From Camelus ferus (Eukaryota), in contig NC_045697.1 in assembly GCF_009834535.1 (NCBI RefSeq), positions 16,308,001-16,372,000 on the forward strand: 64,000 nucleotides of DNA. Direction: 5' to 3'. A program made the translations under genes and the position numbers. Shown one piece after another: positions 1 to 10,760 of this stretch (positions are counted from its first letter, which is position 1; each line of letters opens with the position of its first letter). Under the pieces are notes generated by a model. It was not told where the DNA came from. It ran no database searches and saw only the letters and a list, made by a program, of their open reading frames with translations.

Positions 1-193
1 TGTCCCACTGACTTTGCAAGTCCGCCTAGCAGGTTCTTCCCCTTCCCTCTACTCATCCTCCAGGAATTATTTTGGCTCTCTCTTTTTCTTAGGATTCTTT
101 CTAGGTCAACTTTCTGTCCATAAATTTGGTTTAGAAGCCAGCTTTTCTCCATAGCAATCTGTAATTACCCCTCGTGGCACTTCTCATGTGGCA

Positions 194-377
194 TAGTCAC
201 CCTTGTATCCCCAGGGAATTGGTTCCAGGGCCCCCATGGATACCAAAATCCATGGATGCTCTAGTGCCTTATACAGAAGGCGCAGTGCAGTCACCTATCT
301 GTATCTTCAGGTTTGGCATCCGGGGATTCTGTTTTGATCTACATTTGGTTGAATCTGCAGATACCGAGGGCCAACTG
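194..377 (+). mobile_element. MER2-like TcMar-Tigger MITE, internally deleted
   Basis: Begins tagtcacccttgtatcc...ttggttccagggcccccatggataccaaaatccatggatgctc and ends ttggttgaatctgcagataccgagggccaactg; the ends form imperfect terminal inverted repeats matching the MER2 pattern. Confidence 0.8.
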
Positions 378-719
378 TCATATGAGTGCCTAATTCTATA
401 TTGATTTCAAGCCTTAGAGCTGAGAACCTTGAGAAACTTTATCCCATTCCTTTTTTTCCCCTCTTTTCCTTTTATTGAGTGCTAATCTTCACGTATGTTG
501 CATTAAAGAGTATTTGTTGAAAGTTCATCATGAAGGCATGTAACAAGAATATGATACAGTAAATATATGAGACTATAGCAGTAAGGGTGGGAAGGGAGAA
601 CCAGTGGAGAAATAAATGGAAATGGAGATGGCAGAAGAAGAATGCGGCTTTGTCGATGTTGGAACAGAGGTGACATCCTTCACAGGATTGCCTTTTAACT
701 TTTTTCTTCATTAAAGAGT

Positions 720-2500
720 ATAATTCCTTAGTGCAAAGGTGAAAATAAGGAATTACGTCAAAATGCTTTCCAATGATAATATCTCAAAAACTGAAAAAAA
801 TAAAAGTTTTAAAATGGAGGGAAGCCAAGGAGAATGTGAAGAAATAAAGCTGAAGCCACGCTTCCATGGAAACTGCAGGAAAAAGACCATTTCCGTAGAC
901 TTTATCAGCATTTTTTTAAAATATGCACTGGTAATGCAATTAGGCTGATGGGTTAAATACTCACCTGTGTAACAGGGGCACGGACAGGGCATTATGTGCA
1001 GAAATTATACAACATATTTACCAAATGTAATGGGCTGAGTCTATCACCAGATTTGTAGAACATAATGAAATGTGTGCTTGACTAACAGGTATTTTACCTT
1101 AAAGTGCTTTTCTCAGTGTATTACAAACTTATTTTCTGACACAGGCTATTACTTATTTCTACAGCCTTTATTATAGGAGCAGTTAAAGAGTAACTTCTAC
1201 TCTTAAAAAGGTTGATTTGTTTTGTTCCGGGAAGGAGTCTGATGTGAAATGTTGAGACAAGCTTTAGTTAAGGGCAGCTGCCAGGTAACAATGGAAATCA
1301 TTCATTTCCTTTGCATGCTACCTGTCCTTTTATTTCCTCATCTTTCTTACACTGCAAGTAACTGGTTACAAAGTCAGTATTCTCACTTGCCTATTTGCAA
1401 TGCTCTTTATTTATTCTTTTTTAATCCCCTCAATTCAAGAGCTAGCCAGTGGTAGGCAAAACCATGCAAATCTATAAATGGGAGTGTGAAACAGAGCGCA
1501 GCATAATGCTTGTACCCATCTTTGCAGATTGGATAACATCCTGTGATGCACTGGAAAGTTGGGTTAAGCTATTTAATTGGTCGCTGTTAAACATTTACTT
1601 TGTAAGGACATTCATTTTCTATTCAGAGAAATTCTCACGTTTATAGATGAAGAGACTTCATTCGGCATGCTTTCATATATTTAAAAATATTTTAGTTATT
1701 GAAGTTTCTTGTACTTAATCCAGTCTTTTACTTATTCTTTCATTGGGGAAAAAAAAAGGGCAGGTCTAAATGCAAATTAACATTACTGTTTAAATATCAC
1801 AGACCATTTTCTCTGAGCCCAGTTACAATAACTAGTAATTATAAAAATTGCTTGCCTCTGGCTTCCGGCTAAGCCAGTGCTAAACTTGTCCTTTTATTAG
1901 ATCTGTCAGACTGAGTTAATTATCTTTATGATAATAGATGTGCCTTACCTCCAACAAAACAAATACACTTATAATTAGCTTTTTAGTTAGAATTTTAATT
2001 TATTTATAAAGAATGTTTGTTTTCCTTCTTTTTTCCTGCTTTAAAAGAAAGAGGATGGAGAGAGGGGGTTTCTCATTTGTCAGGTTACCAGTCTGCTTAC
2101 CAGCTTGTAAAGGAAGAGAGAAAAGGACTCGTATTTCGCCGCCAAGTCCAGTGTTTAATAGTGCATCATGCCTCTTCCATGTTCTATCAATTCAACTCCA
2201 AGGCATTTTATTTTATGTCACATCACAAAAAGGGACCCTTGTTATCTGCCTTCTCAAAAGAATAGTGTTATGAAAGCTATTATATAGAAATACTAACAAG
2301 TATGAATTGAAAAGCTTTCTGTATCACAGCAAAGCTGCCTTAAAAGTCGAATTATCTTCTAATGTCCCCACATTTTTATGTCACTTGCTTTTCTTTCATC
2401 TATGCCCAACATGTTTCAGAATATTACACACAAGCCTGCAATGAATTTTTGCAGAGTATCTGTGCCGAAGAAGAGTGTAAAGGGAAAACATACGCTTTGG
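720..2500. promoter_or_regulatory. Candidate conserved non-coding element / enhancer block
   Basis: About 1.8 kb with no recognisable repeat. Contains TAATgcaATTA (932-942), CAGCTG (1275-1280), AACAATG (1287-1293) and ATGCAAAT (1464-1471, 1770-1777). Conservation not verified. Confidence 0.35.
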
Positions 2501-2509
2501 TGTCATGTC

Positions 2510-2726
2510 AAACAAAGCTGGGTTTCATTCTCTGTTCAGCTATTCATTAGCTGTGTGGCTTGGACAAATTGTTTGCCCTCTCTGAGCCTTGGTTTCCTCA
2601 TCAGTATAATGAGAATAATGCCTAAGTTAGTAGGGAATGTTGCAGGAATCAAAGAGAATGCATAGGGAGGGCCCAGCAGGATGCCTGGCACAGTTGAAAA
2701 GCTCAGTAAGGGGTGGTTGTTATTAT
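2510..2726 (+). mobile_element. MIR SINE
   Basis: MIR core tagctgtgtggcttggacaaatt...ctctctgagccttggtttcctcatcagtataatgagaataat and tail tgcctggcacag...gctcagtaag. Confidence 0.85.
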
Positions 2727-3348
2727 CAGTATTAGAATCCTGGAGGGGTGTAGACGTCTAGAGAATCTGAAATTAGTATTACAAACTAATAATCATTTCA
2801 TAAGTTCGATTTTATATGGGGATATAGTTTCTACTAATTTGTAGAAACTGGCATCCCTGATTATATAGAAATTCACTCAAATTCAAATTAAATAATGAAA
2901 TCACACTGCAAAGAAACAATTTTCTCAAGTTGCTACAATAAGCTTCCATGTGTTCCATGCTGAAGTGGACTGCCTTATCTCTCAGCCTTACTTAGAACAG
3001 AACACAACTAATTTTTTTTCCTTCTGTAAACTTACTGACTCACTCATTTGGCTTTGAAAATTTCCATTGGTTGAAAGTTCCCCTCTAGCTACTTTTGATC
3101 TGCCAAATACAGAGATCTTGGTTAGGACAGCAAAGATCTTATTCATTCAATGTAAGTTCCAAAGATTTCATAATGCAAAGGCAGATTTGTCCAGGCTAAT
3201 ATTCATTTTGCTTGCAAGTCATTAGCAGTGAGTGCTCATTACCCCTATTCCTGGCCAGAAGAGCGATCTCAGTACAGGGAGAGATGAATCACACCTTGAC
3301 CCTGTAGCTCACACATCTGAGGAGAAAGTGTGGGTGGGATGTGAGAGA

Positions 3349-3366
3349 AACCAGCAGAGGGCAGTA
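3349..3366 (+). promoter_or_regulatory. CTCF-binding motif
   Basis: CCAGCAGAGGGCAG (3351-3364) matches the CCASYAGRKGGCRS core at all 14 positions and is followed by TA. Confidence 0.55.
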
Positions 3367-3797
3367 GAGAGGCTCCTATCGCCTCTCAAGCCCAGCATGC
3401 CAGATCCCGGACCGATTTGTTTCCACAGCCGCCTTAGGAGTTTGGGTGTTAAGAGGTCAGATATGCAAAGTCAGAGACCACCAAGGCCCTTTGCTATCAG
3501 ATTCCATGACTTTTGCAACCAAGTCCTTACGCCGTCAACATCATATTCTCATGAAATCACTTGATGATCTTTCTTGTAACTCAAAACCATGGCAACCACT
3601 CTCAAATTGCTCTATTCCATCATGGAATTGCATAGATTTTTTCTTAAAATCAAAGGTCTCTTTTGTTTCTTTTTTCCCTAAATGGGGACATAGGTTCTTG
3701 TTCCTGGACCTTCTACCAGGTTTTGTTACTAAGACGTTGAGGGACATTGAAGGGTACATTTCTGTGATTTGTGCTTTTCCCCTGAGCTCCTAGAACA

Positions 3798-3895
3798 GTT
3801 TATTCATTCATTTATTCATTCATTCAATAATTTATCTTTTTTGCCAAATCAATGTGCTAGATACAGATGTATAGCAGTAACATGGTACCTGCTTT
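3798..3895 (-). mobile_element. L2 3' end fragment
   Basis: (ATTC)n tail followed by tgtgctagatacag...catggtacctgct, typical of the antisense L2 3' end. Confidence 0.6.
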
Positions 3896-4389
3896 CCCAG
3901 TCCTCTCTCTTCACTCCCACCCTTGCAAGTTTTTGAAAAGGATGCACTGTTATATAAAGACCAGCCAGTAGCAACAACAACAGTGTGGGGGACGACTCTT
4001 GACGACAACCCTGAGAAAAAGAATATTTGAGTTTAGGATAATAGCATTAGAAGAAAATTTTATCAATCAGCTGCTGGATAATTGGAATCTGGAATGTTGT
4101 CAGTAACTCCTGCATTTTTCAATTAGCAAAGTCACTTATAAAAGAATATAAATATTTTAGCAGCAAAGAAGACAAAGATAGGTGCTTAGTACAGATACCT
4201 AGATTTTATAGTCTTATGAAAATGTATACATTTATCATGTATTCATTAAAAAATATGAGTTAGGATGTTACAACATATCCGGCATTTCTAGCCATTGGGT
4301 ATTATAAGTGAACAAGGAATTACTGAAGACAGCTGCTATATCACTGCATAGCCTTTCGTTATATCTGCACATAAGGCTAGGTAATTCGG

Positions 4390-4702
4390 AAAAGGTTCTC
4401 TCAAACCTGTCTCAATCTGATCAACTTGCCAGAATAATCAACCCCTCCATCCCACCTCTAAAACACACATCCCACATCAAATACCTCCCACCCAAGTGGT
4501 CTACGAAGAACCCATTGTGTTTGTTCCTAATTTTTTTGTGTGCGTGTTAGTTGTGCTTTTCAGCGTGATTGTGCCAGTTAATTAAATGGGCAAACTGATT
4601 ATACGTGAGTGTGAAAGGAGAACTGTAGATTCGATAAAGCTGATTGAAATGCTTTAAAGACTTGATGAGGATAAGTCACTAAATAGACTTGATGTTGGAG
4701 TA
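4390..4702 (+). mobile_element. Ancient Tigger (Tigger15a/13a-like) 5' fragment
   Basis: About 4605-4705 conceptually translates (one frameshift, one stop) to SVKRRTVDSIKLIEML*RLDEDKSLNRLDVGVS, resembling the CENP-B/Tigger N-terminal HTH (KRKR...LERLDKGES...GVG). Confidence 0.5.
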
Positions 4703-6019
4703 AGTCCATGTCCAGCACGTGCTTATGCACCCGCACCTGTCAGGCGATGGGGGTGCCCTGCGGGTGTGTGCGGTGGCTGGGTCCATGGACTGCTGAGGAC
4801 CGGAAAGTAGAGTGGAGATCATCGAACATTTGAAATATGGAAGCCTTTTTCAAAGTAATTCTGATGAATATCCTAAAAAATGAAAAGTAATAATTCACAT
4901 TCTCACTTTCACAAGAAATTAAAAATGTCTTCATTTATCCCTCATGAATTAATTCATGAATTAAATATTTTGGTGAAAAGAATTTTTTTAATAGCTGCTA
5001 GTAAGACTAAGTAAAGGAAATGCGGCTGAATGTAAAAAGGCCAATCTTGCCTTCCTTTTCTTTCTTCTGTTTAAATCATTTGGGGTTTTTCTTTGCTACT
5101 GCTGTGCTCCAGTGAGCCAATCTGATCTCTAAGTCATTATTACCTTTTTTGCCTGAATGGCAGGGCTACATACAAATAGAACTTGTAGTGTAATTCTACA
5201 CTTGTATTAACACTCATTCTTCTCCACTTTATTTAAAAGTAATGGTGCAGAGAGGTCCAAAAATAATATTAGACTCTAGTAGCTTGCCTGCAAATTACCA
5301 TTCATTTCTTTGTATCCTGTATTTCCTTAGCTGTCAGTCCCATGGGCTTAAACAGAGACTCAAGCTCCGGCAGCTTGTTCCACTACTGATACATTTTAGA
5401 GATTTATTAGATAGATGTGGGGGATGGGCTTATATGTGCTTATTAACAGGTCCCATCTCCAGGCTTCTACCGTTCCTTTCTCAAAGCTAGGTCTGGCATC
5501 TTCTCTTAGGCATCTTCGTGTTTTCTGGGCACAGCTTCTCCCTGTTATGTCATCTCCTGCAGGACACTGCTCAGGCACTTTTACAAATTTATTGGACAAC
5601 TTGCAAAGTATTTTGGAAAACTCATAAACAATGCCGCCTGTGTTCCAGGCAGTGGTGGGGAAAAAATATACTTTCCTCTTTAATTACAGGTATACTTTGA
5701 TATGCCGGTACCTATTCACAGTTCTGTGTCCCTCCAGGAAAATTCAGAATTGTTATCAACCCATTTAGTTTACAGTTTCAGTCCCTGGCTCTCCATGAGT
5801 CTCTGAGAAGAACATGGTAAGAGGAACACGAGACCCAAGCAAGTAAAAAGCTGTGCATCACACATTATTTTCCTGTAGAAAATGCCTCCTCACTGAGCAA
5901 AGCCTGTCTGCTTGACTCTTTCCATGGGCTAGGAGCAGCAAAGTCTGAGAGAGGGGATGAATTAGTGAATCAGGCTGGGAGGAGCCTTTAGCAAAGAAAG
6001 AAGTCACATTTTCTATTTA

Positions 6020-6240
6020 AAGGGAGTATCCGTCAGCCTGAGCCAATTGCCAGTCATGCTAGGATGTGGGCCAAACACAATCAGACCTAAATTCTCTGGT
6101 AAAGCCCCAATCCAGACTTTTATGTGAACTCACTTGATTTTTGAATCTTGGCAACAAATTCAAAACCTATTAAAAGTCTTGGCCAAAAACAATGCATCTC
6201 CATTTGGCTCCTAAGTACCTAGTAAATGATGTCTGATTTA
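6020..6240 (+). mobile_element. hAT-Charlie DNA transposon (MER103C-like)
   Basis: ccagacttttatgtgaactcacttgatttttgaatcttggcaacaaattcaaa...ggccaaaaacaa resembles the MER103C consensus. Confidence 0.6.
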
Positions 6241-6694
6241 GGTCATTGTTTCTTAAGCATTTCCACCCAAATATCCCTTAGCTAGAGAAGCATGGAAGTT
6301 TTCCCCTGGGAGAGTATGAAGTAACCACTTTACAAAAAATTTCAAGTGAAGCAGTGCCTCGGGATTCTATACCAAGTTTATCTCATGACCTTGTGTTTGC
6401 CCCCATGTAAGATCTTCACTCCGTTTTCTTTAGGAGGCTCTCCACTCCTCTACGACCGAATTTCTGCAGCTGGTCAACTTCACTACTCAGAAAAACATGC
6501 CCATGCCCAAGATGCTTTACGCTAGCAAGATCAGCTTAAACTTGAGGTAGACATTAACACACTCAATAAATATTCTTTGAACAACTATTTTGTGCAAATA
6601 ACGAAGTTTAGTTCACACGTCTACTCCTTAAGGATTTTTTGACCTAGTAGAATATTTAAGGAGGGTAAGGTTAAAAAGGGGAGAAATTTAACTT

Positions 6695-6875
6695 TGTTAT
6701 ATGCCTGCCATATAACAGGTACCTTGTCATTTTATTTAATTCTAGGAACCATCCTATAAAACAGGTAAGTTGAAGCCCATTTTTAATGCGATAAAGCTAA
6801 GTCCTAAGGAGATTCAATTAGTATCAGACAAAGTGTAATTGGAACACCAAACTGCCAGTATCCAAAATCTGCCAC
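6695..6875 (-). mobile_element. MIR SINE (degraded)
   Basis: ttatttaattct...catcctataaaacaggta...cccattttt...aaagctaagtcctaaggagattcaatt, an antisense MIR pattern. Confidence 0.55.
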
Positions 6876-6884
6876 TTGAATGTT

Positions 6885-7060
6885 AGGTATATATATATCC
6901 AATTTGATGTCTTTAGGTATATTATGTATCTACAGATACAGACAGAGATACTAAAGACACGTATGTATAGATATAGATGTAGATAAAATATATTTTAGGG
7001 ATACATGTACACACACCTGTAGGATATATATCTGTATATCTGTCTGTCTATCTGTCCATT
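6885..7060. repeat. Low-complexity (TA)/(TATC)-rich tract
   Basis: Degenerate tatatc/gataca/tctg repeats. Confidence 0.6.
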
Positions 7061-9317
7061 AATTTGATGTCCTTCAGGCAAATGCAGAAAAGAACAATTA
7101 CAGCTTGAATAAACCATAACAGACTTCTTTCTCTTCCTTCTCTCCCTCCCTCCCTTCCTTTATTCCTATCCTGGATTGGGGATTTTTGAGAAGCTCCATT
7201 TGCTGAATATCCTCAGCTTGGTGACCATGTCTTACTTAAAGTAAATATTGCATTTTTGCATTTATTGTAGTCAACTGTTACTTTATAAGATTTAGTTGTC
7301 AGAGCGTTTTTATCAAACTCCTAATTCCATACCCTGCAGGGCTACTTCAGTGGCCACATTAACTTCACATGAGCAGCTTACTGGTCCTTAAAGCAAAATT
7401 ACACATATTTTGGGTCAACTTAGAGAATATCTTCATATCTGGATTTATTTCCATGTAGTGATATTACAAGTTTGTAGTGAAACTATTATTGAAAGTGTTA
7501 GATTTTCTAAGCACAATGATAATGCTGGTATTCAGTTTGATGGGTTCTGGGCTCAGTAGATTAAGTGTTAGGGATTTCGATTTATGTGATCATGGCTGTT
7601 TTTAACTCTCTCGGTGAGAACAACATTTTGCTAACTTTTGGGGTAACTTTCATGTACAAATAGACCCTAGGAATTAATCAAGGGAGGTAAAAAAAAATAG
7701 ATGGTGAAGGCAGATTTTCCCCAACAAATCTGACAGTTACTCCTTTGTTCCAATGTCTTTCTCTAAGTCTCTGTGAAGTTTATATTTTAGGTAATCTTTG
7801 GTCATCATGGGCTCTTGCACAAAGACCCCAGGCCACTTTTGTCTACCAGAAGAATGTCATCCATTTGTACCTTTGCATCTAACTAAGAAGAGGTAGGGCA
7901 TGACCTAGGAAGAATCCCTTAATATCTGATTCCAGAGACTACAGGGGCATCACTCCTCCTTCCCTCCACGTCACAAAAACAGAGAATAGACACAAGGATC
8001 ACTAGCTAAATGTGACAAGTTGTTAGCTTTGCTGATGGCTAATTTGGTTGGTGCCCAGTTGTCCTCCAACTGCAGGGATCCTGATAAAGTATGTTGAAGA
8101 ATGAAGCTTACAACCAAAACCTAATGAAAACTTCTAATTTTTATTTCAGTGAAGGCCTGCGGGGAGAGCTGGGTCAGCAAAACAGACTCTGATGATACAG
8201 CTCAGCCCTGCCTCACACACGGTTACCCGAGAATGAGGGAGAAAGAGAGGAGGAAGGGCAGGTCTCCTTCGGAGCACTTATCTCAGGGGAACAGAGAGCA
8301 GAGAGGGAAAGCTCGCGCCCCGAAGCGTAAGCAGTGTCCAGAGCCCATGCCCAGCGTGAGCAGTGATCCGCAGCGCAGTGTCCTCACCCACTAGGGAAAG
8401 TGTAGTCTTACCAGCGTTAGGTTCTCACAAATCAAAGTTAGCTGTTCCCCTCCGGGAAGAGGAGGAAATAAGACAGGGAGAACATACTGACATGCAGTGT
8501 GAAGACTTACAGGATGAAATGCGTACCGCTGCACACGCATTTGTGTATTGCAGTAGGATCATTTCTTGGAAAACCTTAGAACTTCTTTGTTTTCATCGGG
8601 GACCATGAAACGAGGAGAAAAAAGGTGATGGGAGAGAATAAGGTTGCTTAATTTTTGTGGCTTTTAAAGGTTTCTTTTATCTGTAGGGCAATAGGACTGG
8701 GACAGACATTTGATATGTGTTCCTAAAGGTTACATGGACTAAAGTTATCAGACTCAGGCTTTCTCAGGTGTTACCTCCATGATTTAGTTAATGATGCCTT
8801 TAACCCTGTCTGCTGGTCAATCTCCTTGGTCCTTTTCCAGCTCCACTCCAGCCCCTGCCTTCTCAAGGCCATGGAACATAGAACTTGAAATTGAGGACTC
8901 CCTCTTTTCACTGACTGATGAGGAGGAAGGGATTGGGAGGGAAGGAAGAGTCCCAGATGCTGCCACAGGGAGAGCCATTCTCTAAAGAGAACTTAATCAT
9001 TTGCTTATTCAACCAACATTTATCAAGTAGAGTGTAGTGATCCTCAGGGGTCTGCAGATGCCAGTTTGTGAAACACTGTGATGAAAGTTAAGGGCTGTCA
9101 CTTTAGTTGTTCCCTTGATACCAGCATTGTTGAAAACAAATGTGAGTCTTTGAAACATGATAACAGCACCAGATTATAAGGCGATCACCCAGAATATGTT
9201 CATATTTATATTTAATATCATCACTGAAACTCAAACAAAAAGCTCACAGAGATCATGTGGACCTAGAAAAATTTATCTTAAGAATCCCGAAGACCTTATT
9301 CTGCAGTTTTAGAAATG

Positions 9318-9555
9318 CTAGTTTAGAGGGAAAAGAAATAGTTTTGAGATTCAAATAGAACAGAATTTTAATCCTGTCTCTGGAATTTACAACATGTTTT
9401 GTTTTAGCCAGATTAAATGACTGAATATCTTTATATTTAAAGATGAGAACAACACTGCTTATATAATGGAGGTCTCATGAAGAAGACAGAGCACGATGTA
9501 CATAATATATGTCATGTAGTATTTTACACATACTAAGCTCCTAATCAACATGTGT
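9318..9555 (+). mobile_element. MIR SINE (degraded)
   Basis: tttgagattcaaatagaacagaattttaatcctgtctctgg...atttaaagatgagaacaac...acacatactaagctcctaatcaacatg. Confidence 0.6.
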
Positions 9556-9829
9556 TCATTTTTATGTCATAATGTGCCTTCATTCCCATTGTGTGCAAGG
9601 AGCCATATGAAAACCTACTGTGACGAATTAAACATTATGTATAAGAAGATCTCAATCTGGTGAGACAATAGACATGGAAACACAATTACAATCCATCGTG
9701 ATAAATATCACACAAAAAATGTAAAAGAAAAAAGAGATACGAGATGTAGAGGAAGATTTTTTTCTGATACCCTTGAAAGAAACTCTGAAAGTTGTTTCCC
9801 AAGGAACATATTCCTGGTGAATATTCAGT

Positions 9830-9905
9830 TAATGATAATAGTGATGATGACGATGTTGATGATGATGATAAAAATGAAGTTTATGATTATGTTGACAATA
9901 ATGAT
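9830..9905. repeat. Degenerate (GAT)n microsatellite
   Basis: gatgatgacgatgttgatgatgatgat; probably the tail of the adjacent MIR. Confidence 0.75.
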
Positions 9906-9909
9906 AGAG

Positions 9910-10112
9910 ATAGTTTACATTTATTGCATATTTGCTATGTTGTAGGAACTTAATTTGCATATATTGCTTGATCCTCACAACGCTCTAGTGAGGTAGAAAT
10001 ATAGCTTCCGTATTGTAGAAAATCTCAAGGTTACACAGGTAGCATGGGGAAAAGCTGGGACCTGACCCAGTTCTGTCTGATTAAAAAACCTCAAATCCTT
10101 AACCACTATAAT
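9910..10112 (-). mobile_element. MIR SINE
   Basis: catttattgcatatttgctatg...gatcctcacaacgctctagtgaggtag...caaggttacacaggtag...acccagttctgtctga...cttaaccactata. Confidence 0.8.
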
Positions 10113-10195
10113 GCATGCTCTTTCCATAAATTAATTACTGAATGGTAATTAGGTTCTATTTGAACTATAGTTCATTTGAATTTAAATAGGCTTTT

Positions 10196-10760
10196 GCAGG
10201 TAGATTGAGCACCTTTCCCTACTCTATCCCATTTACCAATTTCTTGGTTTTTTGCACCCTAAATGGGATTTGGGGAAACAGCACTCCAAAACTCAGTACA
10301 TGTCCTTCAGGAGGTGAGCACTTAACCACAGACTCTAGATGTGGAACATGTGGCACACACCAAGCCAGGTAAAGCACTGAGTGCTCTGACCACAGGGAGT
10401 GATTCAGTGATGGACAATCATATGACTCAACCCAAGAGACTCAAAGCCGGTTGGAACCCATCCTAGAGATTTTGTTTGTGAGATCATAAAAGGTGGTTAT
10501 TCCTTCTCTTCTAGAATGGAACCTGTGAAGTTATAAAATTGGAGCTACTGCATCTGTACAACTGCCACAAAGAGACTGAAAATGAAGCCAGTAGTTTGGA
10601 GAAAGCAAGAACCATCAAAGAGATCAAATCCACAGAACAGCATTGAAGCCATTGTTTCTGGCCTGCAATTTCAGTTATCTGAACCAATGTATTCACTTTC
10701 TGCTGAGGCCAGTTTGGGTTATGCTTATTTTCCTTGCAACCAGAGGACTTCTGAATGATG
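10196..10760 (+). mobile_element. ERVL solo LTR (LTR16/LTR33-like)
   Basis: gaccacagggagtgattcagtgatgga...tgaaaatgaagcca... and the characteristic 3' end tcagttatctgaaccaat...gccagtttgggtt...cttgcaaccagaggacttctgaatgat. Confidence 0.7.
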
